A stretch of 64,000 nucleotides of DNA from an uncultured virus (IMG/VR IMGVR_UViG_2806310702_000001) (Duplodnaviria > Heunggongvirae > Uroviricota > Caudoviricetes): the IMG/VR virus record IMGVR_UViG_2806310702_000001; one strand, 5' to 3'. The notes under the pieces were generated by a model that saw nothing but the letters and a program-made list of their open reading frames with translations, searched no databases and was not told where the DNA came from. The position numbers and the translations under genes were made by a program. Position 1 is the first letter of the stretch. The number at the start of each line of letters is the position of its first letter. Shown here one piece after another: positions 40,198 to 50,147 of this stretch.

Positions 40198-41565
40198 TTA
40201 GTTGCATTTACTACAAGGTCGTCTTCCACCACAATTATTAGTTGTACCAGTCATTATATTTTTACTCCTACTTAAAGTTGGGCAACTTGTGCTAGAGTGG
40301 TAGCATTTTCCTTTAGAAGTATAATAAACCTTTCCTTGTTTAGAAACGTTAGTATTGTTAACTACCGAACCGTTATCATGAGATTTATTTGATTGTTTAT
40401 TAACAACATTATTTTGTTGAGGAATTGGTTTTGGTATAGGTGTGACTCCTCCTGTTACTGTACTTATACCTGTAGCTTTATTGTTATTTGAACCATTGTC
40501 TCTAAAGTTATAACTTCCTTCATTGCAATTAAAAGTTATATTTTTCCCATCGCTTATTGCAACTACAGTTCCAGATTCATCTGTTCTATAAACTTTAATT
40601 CCTTTAGCTTTTAACCTATCCATTGTAGATTTGTTAGGATGTTTGTATTTATTATCTTTGCCACAACTAATTACCGAATATTTAGGACTAACTTTATCTA
40701 AAAACGCTTGACAAGTAGATGTTTTACTACCATGATGTCCAATTTTAAGTACATCAGCATGTAAATCTAAATTAGCATTCACCATCTCCATTTCACTTAT
40801 AGATTCAGCATCACCTGTAAATATAAATGAAGTATTACCAAAACGTAATTTTTGAACTATTGAATAATTGTTTACACTTTCATAATCATGATTTTTAGGT
40901 GCTAGTATTGTAAATGTAGCTTTACCTAAATTATAATTTGTACCAATTGTAGGCTGAGTTATCTTTAAGCCTTTCTTTTGAGCTGATATTAATACATCTT
41001 TAAAAGTTTCTGTAGTAGTATTTTTTTTAGGCATTAATAAAGTTCCTACATCAAAATTATCGATTACTTTATCCATGCCACCGATATGATCTTCATGTGG
41101 ATGTGTACCTATGATATAGTCTAACTTTTTAACTCCTTGTTTTTGTAAATAATCTATTACTAATTTATCATCTTCATTATTCCCTGCATCAATTAGCATA
41201 AAATGTTTGTCTTGTTGTACAAGAATAGAATCGGCCTGACCTACATCAATATAATGTACTTTTAATTGTCCTAATTCAGTATTTGAATTGGTTGGTTTCT
41301 TTTCTTCGACTTTTTTATCTACTTTTTTCTTAACTTCTTGTTGATTTTGTGTAGCCACAGTTTTAGTTTTATTACTTTGCAATTGTGAGTCTGGTGTAAG
41401 AGTGCAACTAATTCCTAGTGCTACAAATGCACCAACAGCTCCTAGTATTTTTTTCTTCATATTTTTTCTACCTCGCAATGCACATATGATTACTCTAGCA
41501 ATCATAACAAATAGTGCAATAGTTAATATTCCATCTAATATTAACACTAAATCATCTCCTATCAT
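40198..41565 (-). CDS. membrane-anchored ComEC/Rec2-like MBL-fold nuclease with C-terminal Zn domain
   Basis: DVGQAD, THPHEDHIGG, FTGD, GHHGS, HP, RTD; C-terminal YH...C...CSKC. Confidence 0.9.
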   Translation of the reverse strand: MIGDDLVLILDGILTIALFVMIARVIICALRGRKNMKKKILGAVGAFVALGISCTLTPDSQLQSNKTKTVATQNQQEVKKKVDKKVEEKKPTNSNTELGQLKVHYIDVGQADSILVQQDKHFMLIDAGNNEDDKLVIDYLQKQGVKKLDYIIGTHPHEDHIGGMDKVIDNFDVGTLLMPKKNTTTETFKDVLISAQKKGLKITQPTIGTNYNLGKATFTILAPKNHDYESVNNYSIVQKLRFGNTSFIFTGDAESISEMEMVNANLDLHADVLKIGHHGSKTSTCQAFLDKVSPKYSVISCGKDNKYKHPNKSTMDRLKAKGIKVYRTDESGTVVAISDGKNITFNCNEGSYNFRDNGSNNNKATGISTVTGGVTPIPKPIPQQNNVVNKQSNKSHDNGSVVNNTNVSKQGKVYYTSKGKCYHSSTSCPTLSRSKNIMTGTTNNCGGRRPCSKCN

Positions 41566-41661
41566 TTAAGTATAAAATATCTATGGATATTATAGCATAT
41601 TTTACATAATAAGATATGATTTAGTGTAAAAGTATTATATTATTAAATAAGCGACTTATAG

Positions 41662-42390
41662 TTATATCATTTCTACATATTTCGAACTAATATATCCTCC
41701 ATGGTCTCCATAGTAAATAGATAACCAATCACCATAATCTTTAAATATATGGACTTTTTCACCTTTTATTAATTTACCAATCTTAATACTATTAGTACTA
41801 GCACCATCTCTTACATTTAATGCACTAGCTGTTACTATACCGTAAATTTCATTGTTTACTACTTCTGTTTCTTTGTTTGCAATGGTTTTAATTTTATTTT
41901 GTTCAACTGTTTCATTATTACATACTAGCTCATCATATTGTGCTAGATTGTATTTATTTATTAAATCTAAAATTTTAGGTATGTAATTAGGATCGCTTGT
42001 ATATCCACCTTTTACAATTGCATTTATTTGTACTTTATAATCTTTAGCATCAAAGACTCCTGCATCTATATACCATTCTTTGTTTAAAAATTTTGCGTGG
42101 CCTTCTATGCTTTCTGACCAATTTTTATAAACTCTAAAAGGTTGTTTTATTGTAATTATACCGTTTTTAGTCCATTCTTTTGTTTGCATATGGATGACTT
42201 GTCCATTCCAATCTCTTAACGCTTTAATTCCAAAAAGATTATTATACTTCTTAGCTAAGTTACTTGTACCCCACCCACTTTCCAATATTGCTTGTGCTAT
42301 TGTAACAGAAGCGAATATTTGATACTTTTCTTGAGTTTTTATAGCACTAGATTTAATTTTGTTAATAAAATTATCAGTTTTTTTGTTCAA
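41662..42390 (-). CDS. endolysin: GH73 glucosaminidase + SH3b
   Basis: AQAILESGWG, NNLFGIK, YTSDPNY; LNVR...GYIS. Confidence 0.92.
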   Translation of the reverse strand: MNKKTDNFINKIKSSAIKTQEKYQIFASVTIAQAILESGWGTSNLAKKYNNLFGIKALRDWNGQVIHMQTKEWTKNGIITIKQPFRVYKNWSESIEGHAKFLNKEWYIDAGVFDAKDYKVQINAIVKGGYTSDPNYIPKILDLINKYNLAQYDELVCNNETVEQNKIKTIANKETEVVNNEIYGIVTASALNVRDGASTNSIKIGKLIKGEKVHIFKDYGDWLSIYYGDHGGYISSKYVEMI

Positions 42391-42408
42391 ATTAGATTAC
42401 CTCCTGTA

Positions 42409-43602
42409 TTACCTTTCTTCCCATTTCGCTATTTGAAATTTACTACCTATATCTTTATTAATTTGTGGTATTAGTTCTTTATTAGTACACAGTATGTTTA
42501 AATCATTTGTCCCATGTTCTTTATACCATTTTTCTAATTCTTCATTATCTTTAGGTAGCTTTTGTAATTCATCTTTAAATTCATCTTTAGTTATATATTT
42601 ATTATCACATTGGTTTTGAGTATAATACAAATCATTATGATTATGTTCTTTAGCTTGTATATCACTTATACTTATACCACTATCTTGTATACCATCTTCA
42701 TTAAAAACTACTATATTATTTTTACTACCTTGTACTTTATCTAGTTTATTATTTAAATCTGTAACTTTAGCTACTCCTTGTAAATTTACTTTACTTTGAG
42801 GTAAAATACCTGTTGTTTCCTTATATAAGTCTAATGGTTTAGTTGAAAAATCTCTAACAGTAGCAGTAAAAGTACCACTATAAATCCATGCTTCACTATT
42901 ATACATATAAATTGTTGATGTATCCTCGTGATTTTCGTCTTTAATTACAATAATCATATCTTTTGCAACAGGCTTAGAATTAACCTTCTGAATATCTTTA
43001 TATGTATTAGCCGAACCTGTGAAATTTCCTATATTAGATAAGCTATCAATTTGTTTTTGTATATTGTCTTTAATACCTTGTAATTTATTAAGTTCATTTA
43101 CATCAACTTGTAATCCATCTAAAGTTTCGGCTTTATCTATTATTCCATTTTTATTACTATCATATTTATCAATATCCATTTTTTTATCAAGTAGTTCATT
43201 TATGTTAAAGGATAAATTATTCAATTTTTCTTTTTCATTTTTAGTCATAAATTTATTAATACTACCTTCAATAATACTATCAGTATTATTAGTAATCTTA
43301 TTAAAATAATTCTCAGCTAATTCACCATTTAATTTTTTACTATCATCAGCTAATTTAGATTTATTTGATATATCACTAGTTTTACTATGCTTAGATTGAT
43401 TTGAGTTAATCGATGTATCGGAAATCTTACTATGTTCTGATTCCTTAGATTTATTAGCAAAATCACATATATCAATTATTCCATTACCATCTTTATCATA
43501 GTCTTTGATTTTCATTACATTATCTAAATTAATTTCATTTTTGGGCAATTGTACTTTTATAGATTTTCCATTTGATAATTGAAAATTCAAATTTCCATCC
43601 AT
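42409..43602 (-). CDS. putative virion/tail fibre-associated protein
   Basis: Late cluster; YDKDGNGIID and YDSNKNGIID repeats; NIQKQID motif. Confidence 0.55.
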   Translation of the reverse strand: MDGNLNFQLSNGKSIKVQLPKNEINLDNVMKIKDYDKDGNGIIDICDFANKSKESEHSKISDTSINSNQSKHSKTSDISNKSKLADDSKKLNGELAENYFNKITNNTDSIIEGSINKFMTKNEKEKLNNLSFNINELLDKKMDIDKYDSNKNGIIDKAETLDGLQVDVNELNKLQGIKDNIQKQIDSLSNIGNFTGSANTYKDIQKVNSKPVAKDMIIVIKDENHEDTSTIYMYNSEAWIYSGTFTATVRDFSTKPLDLYKETTGILPQSKVNLQGVAKVTDLNNKLDKVQGSKNNIVVFNEDGIQDSGISISDIQAKEHNHNDLYYTQNQCDNKYITKDEFKDELQKLPKDNEELEKWYKEHGTNDLNILCTNKELIPQINKDIGSKFQIAKWEER

Positions 43603-43634
43603 TGTTTACCACCACCTTTTCCTTTGTAGTATAA

Positions 43635-43946
43635 TTAATCGACTTTTAATAATAATACACCACTAGTAGATTTTGTTGCTATTAATTCACTTATACTATT
43701 TTTAGGATACGTAAATACCCCTTCTATAGTGTCTTGTGGTTCAACTTCTTGTTCTTCGTAAGATTTTACTTTCACACTAGTATCATTATCAAATAATACA
43801 GTTATTTCTGTTAGAATTGGATTTCCTTCTTTTAGTAAATTAGAATATTTATCACCTAAAGTTGATTCTATAGCTTTAAAAACATCCTTATTCATTAGTA
43901 TATTTTCATTTGATTTTACCTTAAATTTTTTAATTAAAGTTTGCAT
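43635..43946 (-). CDS. hypothetical protein
   Basis: GAGGTGA SD. Confidence 0.7.
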   Translation of the reverse strand: MQTLIKKFKVKSNENILMNKDVFKAIESTLGDKYSNLLKEGNPILTEITVLFDNDTSVKVKSYEEQEVEPQDTIEGVFTYPKNSISELIATKSTSGVLLLKVD

Positions 43947-44120
43947 AAATTCACCTCTTTTAGTTTATATATTGAATAAAGCCAACATAAACTTAATATT
44001 GTATATGTTGGCTTTATTATTTAATCATATAGCATTTTATGCAATTTGCATTATTCTCTTGTAAACATTAAAGATTCATAGTCCACTGTTTCACTTAATA
44101 ATTAAAATCATTTTTTTGTT

Positions 44121-44231
44121 TTAATTATTAATATATTCAATATAATTATCCCAACCTTCACGTTCCTCATCATCCATATCTAATTCTTCATTTACAAATT
44201 TGTCTAAATCTTGTCTGCCTATATATCCCAT
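44121..44231 (-). CDS. very acidic 36-aa peptide
   Basis: AAAGGAGG SD; MGYIGRQDLDKFVNEELDMDDEEREGWDNYIEYINN. Confidence 0.6.
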   Translation of the reverse strand: MGYIGRQDLDKFVNEELDMDDEEREGWDNYIEYINN

Positions 44232-44311
44232 TTTCATTCCTCCTTTTGTATTGTAATAAATTTTATTAAAATAAAAGATATATAAAAACTATGCTATATA
44301 TCTCAATATTT

Positions 44312-44797
44312 TTAATATGCTTTCATTATTTTTTTAACTATTCTATTTCTTATTTGGTCTTTATCATAAACGTGTAAAATTTTAAAATCTCGTTGTATAT
44401 CTTCATCATTTATTATTTCCTCAATATTAAAAAATCTCTTCAATTCTGGATTTAGACGATTTGTACTCTGCGTTATTTCTACATAATATTTATCAATATT
44501 TTTGTACAAATAATTCTCAAATTCAACAAAATTATTGTTCTTAAACATTGAATTATTGTTTTCATGTAATAGAAAATTTATATGATAAATAGTCATTTCA
44601 TATCGAGGAGATTGCTCTCTTTTCCAAAAATCACGTATACCATATATACATTCAAATTCCAATTTATAATCGTTAAATTTAATAGGATTTTTGTATATAG
44701 AATAGTGTACAACATTTGTTAATTTGCTCCGTAATAAACCACAAAGATTCTCATTCTTAAGTGTAAAATGACCTGTTTTTATAATGTTCATCTGCAT
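44312..44797 (-). CDS. hypothetical moron-like protein
   Basis: ORF with SD, isolated by long intergenic regions in late cluster. Confidence 0.65.
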   Translation of the reverse strand: MQMNIIKTGHFTLKNENLCGLLRSKLTNVVHYSIYKNPIKFNDYKLEFECIYGIRDFWKREQSPRYEMTIYHINFLLHENNNSMFKNNNFVEFENYLYKNIDKYYVEITQSTNRLNPELKRFFNIEEIINDEDIQRDFKILHVYDKDQIRNRIVKKIMKAY

Positions 44798-45017
44798 ATC
44801 CCTTCTTTTATAATCTATTGTAAATATAGTGTGTCATTTAATCATAAAAAATATGCAAATAATTATTGACAATCATATAAGTTTCTTTGATAATCTATTT
44901 TGTTATTATGATTTAGGCTTTTTCCACGGTGATATGAACCTTATATGCATTGATATAAACTTGTTTTATAATGACTTAAAGCTATATACAGTTTCCTTTA
45001 GATTAACATAGACCTTT

Positions 45018-46157
45018 TTAATTTTCATAATATAATTTATGAGCGGTTATATTCATACTACTATTAATATCCAATCCAAAACTTACTTTGTCTATTAAAT
45101 ATTCTCCCTTTATTCCTATTTCTTCATTATCTATTCTAATCTTTTGATTTACGTCAACTGTATAATTAGGTACTATTGAAAATTCAATAACTTCTAATGT
45201 GCTACTGTGTCTAAATAATTCATATTCGGCACGTAATTTAGCTTGGTTATCATCTAATATTTTATCATTCTTATATGTAAATTTTCTTCGACCTATTTTA
45301 TCAATACTAAAAATACTTTTTATATCATTGTTTTCTATATGATATTTAATTTGTTTACCATCTTTAAGCATGGCTCCCCATATCATAATATCGTTTTTTA
45401 CATTCTCCCAATTAGGTTCATTATTATATTCTAAATTCATATTCATTTCATTAAAATTATGCATGACAATATCATTTTTATGATCTTTGATTCTTTGATA
45501 ATGAAATCTGCCATCTTCATCATAATAATACTCATACCACATATATAAATCTCTGATTTCCGTCAATATATCTGTAATGCTATTATCTTCAGATTTTTCT
45601 ATATCATATGGTGTCAATAAATCGCACCCTTTACTATCTTTTAAATCGTCGATTAATATTTTATTCTCTCCACCTAATTGTTGAACAGTATTTTGCACAG
45701 CTTCAAACATAGGAGTTTTAGCCAATATTTTGGTTATATATTGAAGATTACCACTCAGTTGACCATTCAACCAACATATCTTATCAAGTGCTTGTAAACT
45801 TAATGTTTTATCTTTATCATTGTACTTTAAACTTGGTTTCAATAGTATGTATATGCCTTTATTAAACCAAACTATTTTATTAGTTATATTATTTCTAACA
45901 CCTATAAAAATTTTAATTTTTTTATTTATCCATATTGGAGAATTGACATTAGGTATAAATTTATTTTCATCTAACACCATTTCAATATTTAAACTTCTTC
46001 TAATTATTTGAGTAGCATCAATATTTATACTTCCATTTAAACATTTACCCTCAATCTCATCAATAACATCTTCTTTCCAATTCAATATCTGCAATTTAAG
46101 ATATTTTTGTTGAATTTGTTGTCTACATACTTGATATTGTTGTTGAGTATACATCAT
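45018..46157 (-). CDS. baseplate hub / tail protein
   Basis: GSINID..IRRS, YYYDEDGRF; late cluster. Confidence 0.7.
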   Translation of the reverse strand: MMYTQQQYQVCRQQIQQKYLKLQILNWKEDVIDEIEGKCLNGSINIDATQIIRRSLNIEMVLDENKFIPNVNSPIWINKKIKIFIGVRNNITNKIVWFNKGIYILLKPSLKYNDKDKTLSLQALDKICWLNGQLSGNLQYITKILAKTPMFEAVQNTVQQLGGENKILIDDLKDSKGCDLLTPYDIEKSEDNSITDILTEIRDLYMWYEYYYDEDGRFHYQRIKDHKNDIVMHNFNEMNMNLEYNNEPNWENVKNDIMIWGAMLKDGKQIKYHIENNDIKSIFSIDKIGRRKFTYKNDKILDDNQAKLRAEYELFRHSSTLEVIEFSIVPNYTVDVNQKIRIDNEEIGIKGEYLIDKVSFGLDINSSMNITAHKLYYEN

Positions 46158-47056
46158 AGATAATCCTCCATATCAATAAAGCCATATTTCTTTAATAAGT
46201 CAGAATTATAAACATCTCCAATTTCACATACATCTAAAGTAATTTCATACAGTTGTTGAGATAAATCATTATTAGGTATAAGTTTGATGGGTATTGTATT
46301 TTTAGCAAACATATAATTACCTGACGAGTCTTTAAAAATAAATGGTTGTCCACTATTAAAGAACCTTTCTATTTTTTGTCTTAATTTTTTTTCGGCTCTT
46401 CTATCTATTTGTTCATCGTAATTACATTCAACAGTTGTATCTGCTACCAATAATGCTTTGAGTGTTGTTTTTTTATAATTAATATTCCCATTTTCAACGA
46501 CAATAGGATACCTGCTTCCTAATGGTTCATACAAATTAATTTTTTTAACGGTTTCAAAATCTCCTAGTTGCATATTATATTTTAATTGATATTGTGTATC
46601 TTTACCTACTATCCAAACACCATCAAAATCACAATCTATTTGTTTACTTCGTTCTTTACCTAATACTCTATTTGTCATAGGTTGAATAGCGTACTCATAA
46701 GTTTCTAGTGCTTCAACTAATCTATCTTTGTAATTATATTCTCTTATCTTTGGATCAAATTTAAAAATTTTAACATCCATCCATTGCATATTCTCTATAT
46801 TACGTTTCTTAAGTTTTAACTTTTCTATTCTTATTCCACCATTGTCTAAATTACCTGCATCTAAATTATTATGAAATTTACCTAGTAATACGGTATTATA
46901 ACTCCATTCTTCTTTAGTGTTAATATAATTTAAAATTTCTTCGTCCATTTTGATTTCATCCATAATACAGTCTTTAATTATAATTTGATTTAAATTTCCT
47001 GTGACGGTGTTAACTCCAAAGAAATTATGTGTAAAAGGTTGTAAATTTACAAACAT
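46154..47056 (-). CDS. putative tail/baseplate protein
   Basis: Late cluster, overlaps next gene; LGSRYP motif. Confidence 0.65.
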   Translation of the reverse strand: MFVNLQPFTHNFFGVNTVTGNLNQIIIKDCIMDEIKMDEEILNYINTKEEWSYNTVLLGKFHNNLDAGNLDNGGIRIEKLKLKKRNIENMQWMDVKIFKFDPKIREYNYKDRLVEALETYEYAIQPMTNRVLGKERSKQIDCDFDGVWIVGKDTQYQLKYNMQLGDFETVKKINLYEPLGSRYPIVVENGNINYKKTTLKALLVADTTVECNYDEQIDRRAEKKLRQKIERFFNSGQPFIFKDSSGNYMFAKNTIPIKLIPNNDLSQQLYEITLDVCEIGDVYNSDLLKKYGFIDMEDYL

Positions 47057-47202
47057 TAACTCTACTCACCTACCTTTTTATTAAAATTGCAAAATGAGGA
47101 TAGATTTATAGCTTGATATGTCTACGTTATCTCGTCCTCATTTTGCGATAAAAGTCTTGTTTTATTTAATTGTCTTTTTATTTACTTCGTAATATTTTTC
47201 TA

Positions 47203-47388
47203 TTATGCAGTATGCTCTGTTATTTCTTTTTTATCTTCTTTAAATCCTACATCTTCCAATACTTCTTTTACACATTCTTGTAAATTAAGTAAAGGTGGCA
47301 CTTGATCATACGTATAAGTTCCGTTTAAAATTAAGCTAACCCAAACTTTTACACATCCTGAATTCTTGTTAAATTTAAAACTTGTCAT
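47203..47388 (-). CDS. small tail-fibre-associated protein (XkdX/CD1375-like)
   Basis: LILNGTYTYDQVP..L...VKE; position after tail fibre genes. Confidence 0.6.
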   Translation of the reverse strand: MTSFKFNKNSGCVKVWVSLILNGTYTYDQVPPLLNLQECVKEVLEDVGFKEDKKEITEHTA

Positions 47389-47397
47389 ATTTATCAA

Positions 47398-47560
47398 CCG
47401 TTGCCAAAAATCTATAAATATCTATAAACCTTGTTTAATTCCCTGTTCCACCTGTTCCATTTTGCCGAGGCTACTTTGGTTTGTATAACAGTCCAAGGGC
47501 TTAAATTCCCATACAACGAATGGTACATATTAGCATTATCTTTTTAAGTGATACTATGCT
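47398..47560 (-). ncRNA. predicted TnpB omegaRNA scaffold (right end); 5' limit approximate
   Basis: Non-coding GC-enriched stretch between the tnpB stop and the right end, as established for TnpB elements. Confidence 0.65.
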
Positions 47561-48687
47561 AATTTATATCTTGAAAGATTTATACTTGCATTTAAATCTC
47601 TATCAATAACAAGTCCGCAATTACATTTATAAACTCTATCAGATAGTTTTAAATCTTTCTTAATAGCTCCACAACAACTACAAGTTTTACTTGATGGATA
47701 CCACTTATCTGCTTCAATAAATTCTATTCCATATAACTTACATTTATATTCCATTTTAACTTTAAAATCATATAAACATTGCTCTTGAATAGCTTTTGAT
47801 AAATGTTTATTTTTAAGCATACCTTTTATATTAAGTGTTTCCATAACAACTCTTGATGGTTTGGTTTTCACTATCTTATTCGTTGCTTGGTGAATATGAT
47901 TACTTCTTATACTCCTTAATCTTCTATGAAGTAATCTAATCTCTTTTTCAAGTTTTATAATATTGTTAGTCTTTTTGTATTGGCAACGGTTTTCACCTCC
48001 TTTTATTTTTTTATTCATATCATATTTGCGACTAACTTTTCTTTGTTTTCTTTTTAATACTTTTTTAAGTCTTTTAACTTCTTTACTTTTATTGATATTT
48101 TTAAAAGTCATTCCATTTGAGCATATGGCTAAATCCTTAATTCCCACATCTATTCCAATACTTTTATTAGTTAATTCTATTGTTGATTGCTCTTGTTCTA
48201 CTCCAACTGTTATGTACCAATACTTTCCGTCAAAACTTATTCTTGGATTAGTATATTTAACATTTATAGGTATTTGCTCTTTTGTTTTAATCCAGCCTAC
48301 TTTTTCAATATTAACTAATTTAGTTTTAACTTTAAGTTTAACATTATCATTGTAAAACGATGGCTTAGATTTTTTCCTGCTTTTAAAACGTGGTTTATCT
48401 GAAAGTCCTTTAAAGAAATTTTTATAAGCATTACAACAATCTTTTACTGCTTGTTTTGCTACATTGTTTGATACCTCACTTAGCCATTTATATTCATCTG
48501 TTTTCTTCATTAAAGTAATTTCTTTTCTTAAATCACTATCTTTAATAAACTTACCGCCATTTTTATAATTTTCTTGTTGCTTATTTAAAGTCCAATTATA
48601 TATAAACCTTGCAGTTCCAACTGATTGCCATAATTTTTGTTCTTGAATTTCTGTTGGATATAATCTAACTTTCTTTGAAAGTATCAT
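47554..48687 (-). CDS. tnpB: TnpB RNA-guided nuclease
   Basis: RuvC I GIDVG, RuvC II VMETL, Zn finger, RuvC III DRDLNA all intact. Confidence 0.95.
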   Translation of the reverse strand: MILSKKVRLYPTEIQEQKLWQSVGTARFIYNWTLNKQQENYKNGGKFIKDSDLRKEITLMKKTDEYKWLSEVSNNVAKQAVKDCCNAYKNFFKGLSDKPRFKSRKKSKPSFYNDNVKLKVKTKLVNIEKVGWIKTKEQIPINVKYTNPRISFDGKYWYITVGVEQEQSTIELTNKSIGIDVGIKDLAICSNGMTFKNINKSKEVKRLKKVLKRKQRKVSRKYDMNKKIKGGENRCQYKKTNNIIKLEKEIRLLHRRLRSIRSNHIHQATNKIVKTKPSRVVMETLNIKGMLKNKHLSKAIQEQCLYDFKVKMEYKCKLYGIEFIEADKWYPSSKTCSCCGAIKKDLKLSDRVYKCNCGLVIDRDLNASINLSRYKLA

Positions 48688-49291
48688 CTTCAATTAATTC
48701 CTTAATCATTTTCTTAGCCTTATTGGCTCTTTTACCTTGAAGTCTACAACTAAAAACTTTAACTATATGAATTAAATCTTCAACTAACTCTTGTTCTTCT
48801 GATTTTTCAGTATTATCTATAATTTCAATAGTTGTTCCATATTTATTACATAGATTTTCTATAAGTTCAAATCCAAATCTAATCAATCTATCTTTGTATA
48901 AAATTACTACCTTATCAACCTCTGAATTAGTTATCATGTCCATTAGTTGATTTAATCCCTTTTTATTGTAGTTAATTCCACTCCCTATATCTGTTATAAT
49001 CTCAAATTGATAACCTCTGGCCAACATATATGTTTTAACATTTTCAATTTGTCTTTCAAGGTCGTCTTTTTGTTTATGAGAACTAACTCTACAATATCCA
49101 ATAGTTTTTTTATTTAGTTGTACTTCTGATTTTAAGCCCAAAAAGTGATTAAGTTGTTCTTGTGAATAATATCTTGTTCCACCATTAGTTATGTGTGATG
49201 GTTTTAAAGTTTCATTTTTATCCCAGTTTCTAAGAGTTTGAACTGTTTTTCCTATTTTAGTTGCAAATTCTCCTATTGAGTAATATTTCAT
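48665..49291 (-). CDS. tnpA: IS607 serine transposase
   Basis: MerR-like HTH, YCRVSS, DIGSG, DRLIRFG. Confidence 0.95.
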   Translation of the reverse strand: MKYYSIGEFATKIGKTVQTLRNWDKNETLKPSHITNGGTRYYSQEQLNHFLGLKSEVQLNKKTIGYCRVSSHKQKDDLERQIENVKTYMLARGYQFEIITDIGSGINYNKKGLNQLMDMITNSEVDKVVILYKDRLIRFGFELIENLCNKYGTTIEIIDNTEKSEEQELVEDLIHIVKVFSCRLQGKRANKAKKMIKELIEDDTFKES

Positions 49292-49419
49292 ACTTATCAC
49301 CTCAATATTATTATACAACTAAATATATAAAATAACAATATATTTTTATACATATTTATAGATTTATTTTAACAGTTATCACCCTCTCTTTTATTTTATT
49401 TATAATATTTTTAAACATC

Positions 49420-49650
49420 TTATTTTTTAGCAACTGCAACTGTACTTGCTAATGCAGTTAGCTCTATAATACTTTGTTGACATTGTTTTAATTCTTGCTT
49501 TAGTTTTTCATTTTCCTTTTCTAATTCTAAAATTGGATTTTTAGGAAGTTCTGGAATGACCTCTTTAGGTTCATCCCCATGTAAAACTTTTACTACTGCT
49601 CCGCTATCATATTCTGTTATTAAGTAATTCCCTTCTATATATTGTTTCAT
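49420..49650 (-). CDS. small coiled-coil tail fibre chaperone-like protein
   Basis: LEKENEKLKQEL; follows tail fibre genes. Confidence 0.55.
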   Translation of the reverse strand: MKQYIEGNYLITEYDSGAVVKVLHGDEPKEVIPELPKNPILELEKENEKLKQELKQCQQSIIELTALASTVAVAKK

Positions 49651-50147
49651 TATTTTATCACCCCTTTACATTTTACAAGAATTTTTCCTTCACCTTTTGT
49701 TTTAATCTTAAAATCTGAAAAGAATAGAGGTTGTGGAAAAATAAAATTTTCAGGTTTTTCAATTTCCAAAGGTGTTGTTACACACTCATTTATTTCCCCA
49801 TCATTCTTATATCTTGTAAATCCATATAGATGTCCAGAATATATTCGTACTGCACCGCTACTGTCGTAATCCATATTAATTTCTGCTAAATTTTCATTAT
49901 CAATTTGAACATTCATTTCAAATTTGTCATCACTACCTCCTCCATTAAACTTAAATTCCAAAAAATAAATATATCCTTTTCCAACAATGTGTAGAACTTC
50001 CTCTAACGACTTTGTTAATTCAAAAGAAATTTCTTTTGAAAAATAATTTTTATATTCACTCCAATCTGTACCTCCGCTAAAATTGTCTAATTTTTTCTTA
50101 ACTTTATCTAAAGTTTTTTTATCAGCTATATAAATTTTTTCTGCCAT
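49650..50147 (-). CDS. putative tail fibre / receptor-binding protein
   Basis: IADKKTLDKV N-terminus; late cluster. Confidence 0.55.
   Translation of the reverse strand: MAEKIYIADKKTLDKVKKKLDNFSGGTDWSEYKNYFSKEISFELTKSLEEVLHIVGKGYIYFLEFKFNGGGSDDKFEMNVQIDNENLAEINMDYDSSGAVRIYSGHLYGFTRYKNDGEINECVTTPLEIEKPENFIFPQPLFFSDFKIKTKGEGKILVKCKGVIK

Larger units (their letters stand above)
47398..49383 (-). mobile_element. complete IS607-family element
   Basis: tnpA + tnpB; GG core at both ends; subterminal AAATCTATAAATAT(C/G)TATAAA repeats; flanks rejoin to SD-spacer-ATG. Confidence 0.9.

Noticed and set aside
44866..44985. Fluoride-riboswitch-like or other RNA after a + strand TTGACA promoter
   Set aside because: Only a partial GGTGAT match and weak pairing; not supportable
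47398..49383. IStron (group I intron-IS607 chimera)
   Set aside because: Only about 90 bp lie between the left end and tnpA, leaving no room for a group I intron core; the insertion is also intergenic
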